Shown: positions 15,784-25,841, counted from the stretch's first letter. The stretch is 37,736 nt of DNA from Candidatus Parvarchaeota archaeon (GCA_023380615.1 JAMCRO010000009.1:1-37736), one strand, 5' to 3'. Notes: a model not told the origin generated them from the sequence alone. Numbers and translations: made by a program.

Positions 15784-18438
15784 ATGAAAGCGAAATTAGT
15801 GAGAAATGTAAAAAAAGCAGCAGCAGTAGCAACAGGAGCTCTTTTTGTAGGAGCAACATTAGGAATGGCTAGCGTATTTGCTAGTGGACTATCAAGTCTG
15901 CCAGGGCCTTTTGTAAGCAGTGGACACGTTAACGCAGTATTCGTAGTTGGAGCAAACGCAGTACCATCCGACGTATTGGGTGCAATAGATGTTTCAGCAG
16001 CATTGACAGCAGCCGCAGCGGCAACTCATTCTTCAACAGTAAGTGGACAGATAACAATAGGAACATTGTCACTTAGCTCAAAGGCACACAGCACAAATGT
16101 CTTCGGAAACAATGACACTCAGCTAGCTGCAATTAGTCCTTCAGTGAATCTTGTAGCTATGAACTTTACGTCTAATGGAAAAAATTACACAAGCGTAGAG
16201 AATCTTTCATTTGTTAAGGATGCAACATTTAACGGATTGAACGTTGAATTCCCAGCAGGTTCTTACGAATTGCAGTCTTACATAGTAAACAGATCTAATA
16301 ACAGCAACCACAATGATTTAGGTAAAGCTATATTGAACTTTACATCATTTGATACAGCAGCAAACGTTACATACACATTCGGAAAGGATACAGAGTCATT
16401 GCTTTTACTGAACAGTTCACAGGCACAGTTCGGTACAACTAAAACATACTCTAATACAAAGGTACCTGGGATAGTTACACAAGGGCCAAATTCAATTGAC
16501 TTAGAGGGATTAGTTACATTTACTGGTGCAAAGGCTTCAAGCTCATACGACCAGCTTGAAGTAAGCGTCGATGGTGGCGCAACACAGTACGTTAACTTCA
16601 GTACTCAAACGACAATTGGACCTGTAACAATAAACTTGGGCCCTGGACTTTTAACAAATACTACAGGTAGCTACTTGAAAACACTAACAATATCAAGCAT
16701 TGCATACAAGCAGAATCTTTCTGGTTCACATGTAGCAGTTTTACCTGGTTTAAGTTCATTTAACATGACTACTGAGAATGCAAGTAAAACAAAGGGGGGA
16801 GAATTCCTTCTTACAAGTACAGCTGGATTCATGCTACCACACAGCTTTACAGCAGCGAGCAGCTTTGAATTACCACAGAACCTTACAAGCGTAAGCTTGC
16901 AAAAATTAGTTCCAGTTTATTCAGACGGTGCTAATGTAACATTGACTGTTGGAAAAGCGGGCTTCGACAATATAACAGTAACACCAAACACCTCTTATGT
17001 TGATGTAGGTAGTCTTGTACCTAACATAGCGGTCGGAACTGGCGCATTGTACTCTTCCAGTGTAAATGTACCAAGTGAAATAGTATTCGGTACAGTTGGT
17101 TCAGCGGGAGCTACTACAGTTAAATTGACAAACATACTTGCAAATGACACCTTGCTTTACAGTGTAAATGGAAACACTAAAGATGTCGCAGCAGGCGTAA
17201 CTGGTGTAAACAAGAATGTTAGCATAGCATTTAACTCTCTTTCAACGGCACCAGCAGGAATACTTGGACTAGCGATTACAAACGCAACGGGAAAAGCGAA
17301 TTACTCTAAATTAACACCAGCATTGAATAATTCGGCTGCACCAGCATTAGTGGTTTATAGATTGCCAAACGGTGAATATCTTGGATTACATTACAAATCT
17401 GTTACTTCTTCTTTGGGCGCCACTACTGGTGAAAACTTGACTTATATATTAAGCTTCAATGCATCTAATACACTTACGCCAACCAATACTTCAATTGTAT
17501 ATACAAAAGGAATGTTTTCAAAAGTTTACAGTGGTTATAATGTCACTGTCAAAGCATTTAATTTGACTACGAAAGCGGCATCGGTCGTTGGAAATGTAGA
17601 TATTAAGGCACCTGTAGCTACATTATCTTTAACTGGTGACTCAATAGTGCCTGGCTCTAGTGGTATATACACTTCAACAGGAGTTGTAAACTCATTGAAT
17701 ATTACTGCGAAAACGCCTGCAAATACAAATATAGGTACTTTAACCTTCAACGGATCAGCACTTAAGTTTACAGATCTACTAGGTGAAACGCAAGTAGCTA
17801 ATGTTGGATCATACAGCAATGGTACGACTCACTTAATGTCATCGGCAAATACTTCAGCTAACACATGGGGTGATTACGCAACATTTACAAAGGATAGCGC
17901 GGAATTCTTCGTCCCAACGGAGAACTACACACTAGCAATAGCAGGCGCGGAAATCGTTACAGGACAGAAGAACTACACAATAGGACAGACTGTTAGTACA
18001 GGTGAACTATTGAATGTAAGCGGCGTTTCAACAATAAACGCGGGAAGCTTAATCAATAATAATCCAGATGTAGCAATTTTGGACAGCAACTTTACGGGCG
18101 CTACGAATAGTGTACCTGTAATAGTAATCGGCGGTCCAGCAGTAAACACTTTGGCAGACACATTGCTTAACTTGAGTGCTCCAGTATACGGCACAAAGTT
18201 TACCAATTTAACAGGAGTAGGTGCGAATGAAGCTGTAATCGAAATGTTCAACAGTGTAAGCGGTTTCAACAACCAACCAGCACTTTGGGTTGCAGGTTAC
18301 AGTGCAAGCGGAACTCTTGAAGCTTCAGAGGTTCTTGCAGAATCACTTGTAGGTCAGCCAGTAGTAACATTGACGGGCAACAAGGTAATCCTTAGCACTG
18401 CTTCGTCAACTTACAAGGGCGTTACCGTTGTGAGCTAA
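15784..18438 (+). CDS. S-layer glycoprotein (Methanococcus/Thermococcus-type N- and C-terminal domains)
   Basis: Signal 'VKKAAAVATGALFVGATLG', N-domain 'VFVVGANAVPSDVLGAIDVSAAL', C-domain 'VIVIGGPAVNTLA...LWVAGYSASGT'; more than 30 N-x-S/T sequons by hand count; strong A/T-ending codon bias. Confidence 0.9.
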   Translation: MKAKLVRNVKKAAAVATGALFVGATLGMASVFASGLSSLPGPFVSSGHVNAVFVVGANAVPSDVLGAIDVSAALTAAAAATHSSTVSGQITIGTLSLSSKAHSTNVFGNNDTQLAAISPSVNLVAMNFTSNGKNYTSVENLSFVKDATFNGLNVEFPAGSYELQSYIVNRSNNSNHNDLGKAILNFTSFDTAANVTYTFGKDTESLLLLNSSQAQFGTTKTYSNTKVPGIVTQGPNSIDLEGLVTFTGAKASSSYDQLEVSVDGGATQYVNFSTQTTIGPVTINLGPGLLTNTTGSYLKTLTISSIAYKQNLSGSHVAVLPGLSSFNMTTENASKTKGGEFLLTSTAGFMLPHSFTAASSFELPQNLTSVSLQKLVPVYSDGANVTLTVGKAGFDNITVTPNTSYVDVGSLVPNIAVGTGALYSSSVNVPSEIVFGTVGSAGATTVKLTNILANDTLLYSVNGNTKDVAAGVTGVNKNVSIAFNSLSTAPAGILGLAITNATGKANYSKLTPALNNSAAPALVVYRLPNGEYLGLHYKSVTSSLGATTGENLTYILSFNASNTLTPTNTSIVYTKGMFSKVYSGYNVTVKAFNLTTKAASVVGNVDIKAPVATLSLTGDSIVPGSSGIYTSTGVVNSLNITAKTPANTNIGTLTFNGSALKFTDLLGETQVANVGSYSNGTTHLMSSANTSANTWGDYATFTKDSAEFFVPTENYTLAIAGAEIVTGQKNYTIGQTVSTGELLNVSGVSTINAGSLINNNPDVAILDSNFTGATNSVPVIVIGGPAVNTLADTLLNLSAPVYGTKFTNLTGVGANEAVIEMFNSVSGFNNQPALWVAGYSASGTLEASEVLAESLVGQPVVTLTGNKVILSTASSTYKGVTVVS

Positions 18439-18471
18439 ACAGTTAAAAAACCTTACATTAAGAAATAAGTT

Positions 18472-18510
18472 GGGAGGGGTTTCCTCCCGCTTTTTGTTTT
18501 TTTATTTTAT
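18472..18510 (+). terminator. Hairpin plus T-tract terminator after the S-layer gene
   Basis: GGGAGG-GGTTT-CCTCCC followed by GCTTTTTGTTTTTTTATTTT. Confidence 0.8.
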
Positions 18511-18553
18511 AGCTTTATAAATTCTCATTTTCTTATTATCCGTATAAGTACTT

Positions 18554-18967
18554 ATGAAATTGATAATTAAAAAAGAGGAAAAAGAAAAGAAAAGAATAAA
18601 CAAGCAGTTTATAGCTGCAATGCTTTTCTTTGTAGTAATAGCGGTTTTAGTATATTTTATTGCAGTATCCTTAAATCACGTTTCGCAGCAAAAGGACATC
18701 GCAAATTTAAATGCAGAGGCTGCAGCATACGGTCAGCAATTGACAAGCGAGATATCGGCTAATTCAACGGTTTGTACGCAGAATTATACATTTGCAAATG
18801 CAAGCAAGGCAACAATAGGCTGCGGTGCTGTTATCTATTGTTACTATTCATCTGCATGTCAATACAGCGGTCCACAATCCGCTAACACAGTAAGCTTTCT
18901 ATGCGATGCATTCAAACCAGATCAGGTAATAGCAACCGGCATGTGCTTTAAGGTTTCATTGAGTTGA
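18554..18967 (+). CDS. Small membrane-anchored protein with a six-Cys ectodomain
   Basis: Basic N-terminus, TM helix 'FIAAMLFFVVIAVLVYFIAV', six Cys, sequons. Confidence 0.75.
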   Translation: MKLIIKKEEKEKKRINKQFIAAMLFFVVIAVLVYFIAVSLNHVSQQKDIANLNAEAAAYGQQLTSEISANSTVCTQNYTFANASKATIGCGAVIYCYYSSACQYSGPQSANTVSFLCDAFKPDQVIATGMCFKVSLS

Positions 18968-18970
18968 AAA

Positions 18971-20191
18971 ATGGTTTCATTAGAGCAGATAGGAATATTG
19001 AATTTTCAGAGCTATAACCTAAAAGGAAAACTGTTTGAAAGAGAGGAAGACTTCAAGGTACAGGAAATAGAGGAAGACGGCGTAGTACTAAAGTTAGAAA
19101 GAGAAGAGAAGAAGGAAATAGAAGGAGAGAAGAAGGATTATCTGTTATTTACGTTGGTAAAGCGTGGAATATCAACACCTGAAGCAGTTAAGCTGATAGC
19201 AAGGAATTTGCACATCAGTTTCAAGAGGGTAGCTTACAACGGAAACAAGGACAAAAGAGCATTGACTTCTCAAAGAATGAGCATATTCAAGTTTGATTCG
19301 GAAAAATTAAAATTAGAAAACGAAAGGATATTTTTCAGGGACATAGTATACAGCAACGATCCATGCAAGATAGGAAAATTATATGGAAATCATTTTACCG
19401 TTACAGTAAAGAAATTAGAAAATTCTGTTCAAGAGCTTCAGGAAATAGTAGAAGAAACGGCGAAAGGAATACCAAATTTCTATGGTCCGCAGCGTTTCGG
19501 TGCGTCGTCCTTGAATATTGGCATATCCAGGAATATAATAAAAAGGGATTTCAAATCAGCTTTTTATGATTTAGTTCTCAAGGAAAGGGCAGAATCACAG
19601 TTGAATCAGCAGAAAAGAACAGAGATAAGAGATCTGTTTTCTCCATATCTTGAAGGCAGTGAAATAGACAGAGAAAAGGCAAAGGAAGCGCTTTCAAACC
19701 TTCCGGGTTTTATGTATTTTGAGAAGGAATCGTTGCAATACTTGCTGCAGCATAAAAACGATTATATAGGAGCTATAAGGATGATGCCTAAGTACATTCG
19801 CTTGCTTGTAATACAGGCATACCAGTATTACATTTTCAACAGAACGTTAAGCAAGCTGCTTGAAAATAAAAAAGCTAACGAATTGGAAAGCGAAATACCG
19901 ACAGTAGGCTATGACATGCAATTGAATGACGATGAAATCGGTAAAACAATAAAGGAGATATTGCTGCAGGAGGGTATAGATAACATAGAGGTATTTAAAA
20001 TAAGCAGCATGCCGGAAGCAAGCTTAAAGTCTTTTCTTCATCCATCCTTTTTCATACCTGAGAACTTTAATATAGAAAAAGAGGGAGAAAACGCGGAAAT
20101 AAGCTTTGACTTGAAAAAAGGATCATATGCAACCATACTTTTGATGAAGCTTTTCGGCGTAGAGAATGTCTATAGAGGAGTAGATTCATGA
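18971..20191 (+). CDS. truD: tRNA pseudouridine(13) synthase TruD/Pus7
   Basis: 'EDFKVQEI', catalytic 'GNKDKRALTSQ', 'GNHF', 'PNFYGPQRFG', 'KGSYATILL'. Confidence 0.93.
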   Translation: MVSLEQIGILNFQSYNLKGKLFEREEDFKVQEIEEDGVVLKLEREEKKEIEGEKKDYLLFTLVKRGISTPEAVKLIARNLHISFKRVAYNGNKDKRALTSQRMSIFKFDSEKLKLENERIFFRDIVYSNDPCKIGKLYGNHFTVTVKKLENSVQELQEIVEETAKGIPNFYGPQRFGASSLNIGISRNIIKRDFKSAFYDLVLKERAESQLNQQKRTEIRDLFSPYLEGSEIDREKAKEALSNLPGFMYFEKESLQYLLQHKNDYIGAIRMMPKYIRLLVIQAYQYYIFNRTLSKLLENKKANELESEIPTVGYDMQLNDDEIGKTIKEILLQEGIDNIEVFKISSMPEASLKSFLHPSFFIPENFNIEKEGENAEISFDLKKGSYATILLMKLFGVENVYRGVDS

Positions 20192-20249
20192 TTCTGCATG
20201 TGGAAGCAAGGCAAACATTATTAAATAGCAAAATAACCAATAATAAAAT

Positions 20250-21512
20250 ATGCTATCTTTAAGTGATTTATTTACTTCATCAATAGTGTTCGTTCTTCTA
20301 GTCCTGTCTATCTTCTGGATCTTCTACTTTTTTGACATAAACCATGAGATAAAGAAAGAAGAGGAAAATGAGTTAAAAATTAAGGAATTCCCAAGCGTGG
20401 CCGTTTTGATACCTGCCATATATGAGGGAAAAAGATTAAGAGAAACGATAGAAAACGTGAAGCAGACAAGCTATCCAAACTACAATATATATGTGGTTTT
20501 GAATAAATCCTCGACAAAGGAAACCGTAAAGGCGGCAACGGCAAAGGGCGTCAAGGTAATAAAAGCACCGTTTGATGGAAAAGCAAGGGTAATGAACTAT
20601 GCGATAAGGAACTACATAAACGAAAAGTTCCTTTTGGTACTGGACGCAGACACGTTTATAGAAAAGGATCTGATGACAAGGCTGGTTTATCACTTTAAAA
20701 ACAAGAAGGTTGCAGCAGTGGTTTCCTCAGTAAAGGTTTACAAACCAAAAAAGGTTGTGGAATACCTGCAGTACTATGAATACTTGCTGTCAATACTTGC
20801 AAGGAAGGCTTTGAGCAAAATAGGGGGATTAGTAATAATACATGGGGCAGGCTCAATGTTCAATACAGAAATACTGAAAAAGATAGGATATTTTGACGAC
20901 AACAACTATTCAGAGGACATGGAGATAGGCATGAGGATACTTACGCAGGGTTATAGGGTTGAGAGCTCAGTAAAAGCTATCTCATACACTGTTGTACCAA
21001 ATACATTAAGAAAGCTTTTCAAGCAGAGAGTAAGATGGTTCTCCGGCTTCTTTTTTAATGTCTTGAAATACAGGAAGACAGCGTTGGATTCAAAGAGGAA
21101 CGATATCTGGAAGATAGCTCTTCCTTTTATGCTGGTTTCAATATTTCTAAGCTTCTTCGTAATAATAGGCATAACATACACTGTAGTTGTATTTTTGCTG
21201 CCTGCTTACGGCATACTTTCAAATACGGGTTTATCCTTTTTTACAAGTTATTTCCTGCCGCAGATCTCATTCCTTACTCTGGACACTAGGATATTCTTGG
21301 AATTAGTCGGAGCAGGAATTGGAATTTTTTCAATAATCTATTCGTTACTAACGATTGACCACAAGTTTAAGGCCGTAAAGGACTTCTTCGGAATACTGGG
21401 ATACATGACTTTCTACTCCTTTTTCCTTTCATTTGTATGGTTATATAGTCTATCTGCGTTAGGAAAGTTTAAGGCTGGTAAATTAATATGGCTTCCAAAT
21501 ATAAGCGATTGA
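20250..21512 (+). CDS. Processive membrane GT2 (cellulose/hyaluronan/PgaC-synthase-like)
   Basis: N-terminal TM, 'GKARVMN', 'LDAD', 'SEDMEI', 'KQRVRWFSG' (QxxRW), C-terminal TM helices. Confidence 0.9.
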   Translation: MLSLSDLFTSSIVFVLLVLSIFWIFYFFDINHEIKKEEENELKIKEFPSVAVLIPAIYEGKRLRETIENVKQTSYPNYNIYVVLNKSSTKETVKAATAKGVKVIKAPFDGKARVMNYAIRNYINEKFLLVLDADTFIEKDLMTRLVYHFKNKKVAAVVSSVKVYKPKKVVEYLQYYEYLLSILARKALSKIGGLVIIHGAGSMFNTEILKKIGYFDDNNYSEDMEIGMRILTQGYRVESSVKAISYTVVPNTLRKLFKQRVRWFSGFFFNVLKYRKTALDSKRNDIWKIALPFMLVSIFLSFFVIIGITYTVVVFLLPAYGILSNTGLSFFTSYFLPQISFLTLDTRIFLELVGAGIGIFSIIYSLLTIDHKFKAVKDFFGILGYMTFYSFFLSFVWLYSLSALGKFKAGKLIWLPNISD

Positions 21513-22159
21513 CTTTGTCCATAGTCATAGCATTTGTAATAGTTGCTATAGTTTTGGTAGCAGGCTATTTTTACGATTCCAATAAAATATCCTACCTAAA
21601 TGCAAACCTGCAGAATTACGAACAGAATGTGAATGAATTGGAGCTTGCCACTCTTTTAACAACAACAAACAGCAGTTTTTCATGCAGTGTTCTGTCGGGG
21701 AACCTATACAACATAGCCAGCGAGATGCAGAACCTTGGAAGAGAGCTTACCAGCTCAAATCTAGCTAGCTCAGAAGTAAATTACCAGCAGCTTAACGATC
21801 AATACACATACGTAAGGGTTGAGTACTGGCTTTTGGCAAACAAGATAAATTCAATGTGCGGGGATAAGCTTGTAACTGTGATGTTTGTTTATCCTGGAAA
21901 CGGCGGAACAAACAGCATTGTAGAAGGCGATGAGCTTTCATTTCTGGCATATAAAAACGATTCCTTTGTTGTGAGCGCAATCGACGGAAACCTTAATCTT
22001 TCAATTGTAAGCATACTCCTAAAATCATATAACATAAGCAATTCTTCGCTTCCTGCTTTGATAATCGACGACAAATACGTTAAGGAAGGCTTTGTTAACA
22101 CATCTGAAATAGAAGAATTGCTATGCAAGTACGGCAGATGCCTCAACTTCAGCAGCTAA
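21488..22159 (+). CDS. Single-TM protein with coiled coil and possible thioredoxin-like C-terminal domain
   Basis: Overlaps the GT2 end by 25 nt; TM helix, helical region with two Cys, 'LPALIIDDKYVKEGFVNTSEIEELLC' resembles a thioredoxin-fold C-terminus. Confidence 0.7.
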   Translation: MASKYKRLTLSIVIAFVIVAIVLVAGYFYDSNKISYLNANLQNYEQNVNELELATLLTTTNSSFSCSVLSGNLYNIASEMQNLGRELTSSNLASSEVNYQQLNDQYTYVRVEYWLLANKINSMCGDKLVTVMFVYPGNGGTNSIVEGDELSFLAYKNDSFVVSAIDGNLNLSIVSILLKSYNISNSSLPALIIDDKYVKEGFVNTSEIEELLCKYGRCLNFSS

Positions 22160-22169
22160 ACATTTTACT

Positions 22170-23669
22170 ATGAGAAAAAAGAAATCAAATAAGATAATAT
22201 TCGGATCTGTCAAAAAGTTAATTTCAAGAAAATACATTATCATAGAAGTTCTTTCATTTCTCTCTCTTTTCATCTTCTCTGTATTAGTATTCAATTACCT
22301 AAAGAACTGGGACATGTTTGTAAGGATATTAAATGCAAGGCACATTTTCTTCAATGGCTATTACTATGAACCTATGAGGGCTTTATTCGAAAGTTTTGTG
22401 ATAGGCGTTTTCATGTTTGTTTCAAAGTCGTATGCCGTTTATATCTTCATATTTTTCGTTTCAGTGGTTTTCTTCATAGCAGTTTATTCCCTGTCAAAGG
22501 CATTGAAGCTCAACTTCCCGTTTCTTTTTCTCTTTACCCTTTCACCGTTTGTGCTTTTCTACGGGATAAAGAACGGCTCCGATCTTTTGGTCATAGCGTT
22601 TCTTTTAATTTACATAACTGCAATACTGAAGGACAAGCCTATTTTGGCAGGCGTTTTTCTTTCATTAGCATTTGTATCAAAGTCCTACGCTCTTCTATTT
22701 TCACCGCTCTTGCTTTTCTTCCTTTGGAACAGGAATTTAAAGGGAGTTTTAAAGCTTTTAGTTTCTGTAGTGTTCGCTGCGCTGGCATTGATTCCCTATT
22801 TTATTTACAACTTTTTAGCCTACGGTAATTTCCTTTACTCTATCGGTTTATCTTATCTTTATTTTCATATCTTTTCGTCGTACATCAGCTTGAGCCTTTC
22901 AATCAGTCACATAATGAACATTCCATTGATAGGTTTTATTGAGTTGTTGTTGCCGGCAGCGTTGCTGGTTTTCTTTTTCATTTATGACAGGAAACACTTC
23001 ATTGAAAAAATAAAAAAACATGAGAAAGAGTACGCAATGATAACAGTGGCATGCATTCTTTCTTTTTTGACCTATTTCTCCGTGGCTAACTTGCTTGCAA
23101 TAACAGGTCTGTCAATCTTTAGGTTCATGCTTCCTCTGTCAATTTTCATGTACATCCTTGCTTTCTCGTTCTTCACTGAAAAGCATATGAAACTCGTTTA
23201 CGTTTTCTTTGCACTGTCTTTCCTGATAGCGTTAATACTGCTTTATTCAAGCAGTTTATACGCTTTCCATCTCTCATACGCAAGCTCTGCGGTGTCACTT
23301 TTCACTTCAGTTTATAATTCGAGCAGCTGCACCGTATCCTCAAACGAATGGGTTTACCTAGATTACCTTGGTTTGAATGCAGTGCCACCACTTTCTTCTT
23401 ACGTTAATTATACGGGAGTTATACTTAATTTTGGACCAGTTAATACAACACTGCCGCTTGTGAAAAACAGCGGAAATATATACCTTTACGGATACAGCAA
23501 ATGCGGTTATTATCCTTCTTTGAATGAGTCCAGAGCATATTACGTTATGGAAGAGGAAGGCATACCCAACAATGCATGTTACTGGCTTTTTGGGATAAAT
23601 CCAAAATTAGGGTTTGGATATGACTCCTGCATTTCAATAAACAATGCCTTTTATGGTGTTTTCAGATAA
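22170..23669 (+). CDS. Polytopic GT-C fold glycosyltransferase (ArnT/PMT-like)
   Basis: About 11 TM segments, 'NWDMFVRILNA' acidic first loop, 'YEPMRA', 'SDLL', 'AGVFLSLAFVSKSY', soluble C-terminal domain. Confidence 0.7.
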   Translation: MRKKKSNKIIFGSVKKLISRKYIIIEVLSFLSLFIFSVLVFNYLKNWDMFVRILNARHIFFNGYYYEPMRALFESFVIGVFMFVSKSYAVYIFIFFVSVVFFIAVYSLSKALKLNFPFLFLFTLSPFVLFYGIKNGSDLLVIAFLLIYITAILKDKPILAGVFLSLAFVSKSYALLFSPLLLFFLWNRNLKGVLKLLVSVVFAALALIPYFIYNFLAYGNFLYSIGLSYLYFHIFSSYISLSLSISHIMNIPLIGFIELLLPAALLVFFFIYDRKHFIEKIKKHEKEYAMITVACILSFLTYFSVANLLAITGLSIFRFMLPLSIFMYILAFSFFTEKHMKLVYVFFALSFLIALILLYSSSLYAFHLSYASSAVSLFTSVYNSSSCTVSSNEWVYLDYLGLNAVPPLSSYVNYTGVILNFGPVNTTLPLVKNSGNIYLYGYSKCGYYPSLNESRAYYVMEEEGIPNNACYWLFGINPKLGFGYDSCISINNAFYGVFR

Positions 23670-23699
23670 CGTTATTTATGAATACTCTCTAGTAATTGT

Positions 23700-23921
23700 A
23701 TGAAAAAAAGGGATAAAAGACTGCTGGTAATATTGAAGGCTTTATGGATATACTTTACTCTTCTGTGGGCTTATATCGCAGTTGAAAATCTGGTTTACCC
23801 TGCTGCCGTTTACAGCACTAATTTCTCGGTTTACATTCCAATAAGGACAGATCTCTTGGGATTGATCTCATTTGCACTTTCGTTTATTTTCTACATTGTT
23901 TGGAAGCTGCAAGAAAATTAG
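23700..23921 (+). CDS. Small two-TM membrane protein
   Basis: Basic N-terminus and two hydrophobic helices; fills the gap between neighbours. Confidence 0.75.
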   Translation: MKKRDKRLLVILKALWIYFTLLWAYIAVENLVYPAAVYSTNFSVYIPIRTDLLGLISFALSFIFYIVWKLQEN

Positions 23922-23933
23922 TATTATATGAAT

Positions 23934-24938
23934 TCAGTTTTTTGACGTGCTCCATATGAAGTTTTCCGATAACAGGTATTTAAATATGAAGGACAGAACT
24001 ATACCGACCAGATTTGCTATCAGATACATAATAACAAATGACAAGTAGAATGCCACTCCCAGGTTTATTAGTCCAGCAACGAATGTTACAAGGGAAAATT
24101 TCAGTATAGATGGAATAAAGTTGCTTCTTCTCTTAAATGTAATGTAGTGGTTCATTAGGAAGTTTACAAGTGTAGATATTACTATCGCATAGACCAATGA
24201 AATGAAAAGAGGTAACTTTAAGTAAAAGACATACAATAACAATTCATTTAGGAATATTCCGAATATTCCTATCACTAAAAACACCAAAACCCTGTAATTG
24301 TTAAGTCTTAGCATCTGCTCTATGAACTCCATTATCACTTTTGGTTTTAGCTTCGATTTTCCATGTTTCCTGTATCCATAGGTATATTCCAAGTGCGTTT
24401 TTCTGCTTCCCTTCTTTAAGTTCATGAATATCTCTAGCATTATTTTGTAGCCCTGCGGTTTTACCCCGTTAAGGCTGACGCTTTTTGTGCGGAAGCCGAA
24501 AAAACCGGACATTGGATCCCTAAGCCAGGTGCTTTCAGGTACAAGCATGTAGAGTAACCTTTTAGCCGTTGTAGAGATAATGCCCCTGTTCCACAGTCTT
24601 TTTCCCACCTTTACGCACTCTACAAAGTCGTTTTTATCTAGAAGGTTAAAAACATCTTTTATTCTGCCGTAATCATGTTCAAAGTCGGCGTCTGCTACCA
24701 CCACCTTTGCGTCATTCTCCTTTATGGATCTGATGCCATCCATGACTGCAGATGCAAGCCCTCTTTTTCCCTTTCTTACTAATAGTTTTACGTTTTTGTA
24801 TTTTCTGCAGAGGTTTTCGGTTCCGTCAAGAGAATTATCATCCACTATTATGACATTATACTTAGTAAGAAGCGGCAGCAGTTCCTTCAGATTATCAGCT
24901 TCCTTGTATGTTGGTATTACAACGTAATTTTTCATCAA
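23934..24938 (-). CDS. Polyprenol/dolichol-phosphate glycosyltransferase (DPM1-like GT2) fused to a GtrA-like domain
   Basis: 'VVIPTYKEADNL', 'VDDNSLDGT', 'GLASAVMDG', 'DADFEH', 'DPMSGFF', 'GYKIMLE', 'R..GKSKL'; four C-terminal TM helices with 'NFLMNHYITF'. Confidence 0.9.
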   Translation of the reverse strand: MMKNYVVIPTYKEADNLKELLPLLTKYNVIIVDDNSLDGTENLCRKYKNVKLLVRKGKRGLASAVMDGIRSIKENDAKVVVADADFEHDYGRIKDVFNLLDKNDFVECVKVGKRLWNRGIISTTAKRLLYMLVPESTWLRDPMSGFFGFRTKSVSLNGVKPQGYKIMLEIFMNLKKGSRKTHLEYTYGYRKHGKSKLKPKVIMEFIEQMLRLNNYRVLVFLVIGIFGIFLNELLLYVFYLKLPLFISLVYAIVISTLVNFLMNHYITFKRRSNFIPSILKFSLVTFVAGLINLGVAFYLSFVIMYLIANLVGIVLSFIFKYLLSENFIWSTSKN

Positions 24939-24974
24939 ACACTTTATATTTTATTGATTATATGTTTTTATAGT

Positions 24975-25283
24975 TTATATCCCGTATGCGGAATCATGCT
25001 CATCTAGGTTTTCTATGTATACTCCGTCGTTTTTGTCATACCTAAATATTATAACTTTGCTGCCTACATGTTTGCTTCTGTATCCCTTTAATCTTCCAGT
25101 CAGTTTTTCACTCTGTTCCGGATTGCAGCATATCCTTTCTATTGCCTTTTTGACCCTGTAAAAGTAATTTCCGTCTTTGCGGTACATTTTGTATATTTCA
25201 TTTGCAGTGTTTTCATTCAGGTTTAATGCCGTGTAACCGTTGCTTAAGATTTTTTCAAGCTCCGTCTTTTTATTAAAATCCAT
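24975..25283 (-). CDS. RelE/ParE-superfamily toxin-like protein
   Basis: 'RVKKAIERICCNP...EKLTGRLKGYRSKHVGSKVIIFRY...HDSAY' matches the RelE/YafQ pattern. Confidence 0.75.
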   Translation of the reverse strand: MDFNKKTELEKILSNGYTALNLNENTANEIYKMYRKDGNYFYRVKKAIERICCNPEQSEKLTGRLKGYRSKHVGSKVIIFRYDKNDGVYIENLDEHDSAYGI

Positions 25284-25319
25284 TTATTTTACTGATTAAA
25301 AGTAGTATAAATACTTAAC

Positions 25320-25787
25320 TCACAGCTCATTTATCTGCACACGGTGCTTTTCCGATAGGTTTTTCAATTCACTTACAATTGCGGTCATCTCGCTCTGCGT
25401 CAACGTCTTTACAGTGTTTTCCTTTTCAGCAAAAGACTGAAAGAATTCTTTTTTGTTAACAGCCAAGTTGTCGTTTCTTTTTCTAGGCATAATATGAAAA
25501 TGCAGGTGCTTTATACTCTGTCCCGCGTTTTCCCCTTTCTGCAAAAGTAGATCAAAGTCGTTTGTATTTGCGTATTTCAGTGCAATGAATATTGCTTTGT
25601 TTGAAAAAGAGATGAAATCCTTCCGTTCACTGTCATTCAATTCAAGCATGCTTTCAATGTGCCTTTTCGGGATTATCAGGCAGTGGCCTTTGACTACCGG
25701 CCGAAGGTTGTATATTGCAATGAAGTTTTTATCTTCATAGAATTTTTCAAATTTTAAAGCGGTTTCGCTGCAGAATGCACATTCCAT
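25320..25787 (-). CDS. HIT-family nucleotide hydrolase
   Basis: 'CAFC', 'PVVKGHCLIIPKRH', 'AGQSIKHLHFHIMPR' histidine triad. Probable start ATG 25787. Confidence 0.93.
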   Translation of the reverse strand: MECAFCSETALKFEKFYEDKNFIAIYNLRPVVKGHCLIIPKRHIESMLELNDSERKDFISFSNKAIFIALKYANTNDFDLLLQKGENAGQSIKHLHFHIMPRKRNDNLAVNKKEFFQSFAEKENTVKTLTQSEMTAIVSELKNLSEKHRVQINEL

Positions 25788-25841
25788 ACTAGGTTTTATG
25801 GCTTGCAATATTTATATACCAGTAAGTTATAATTTTAATAT

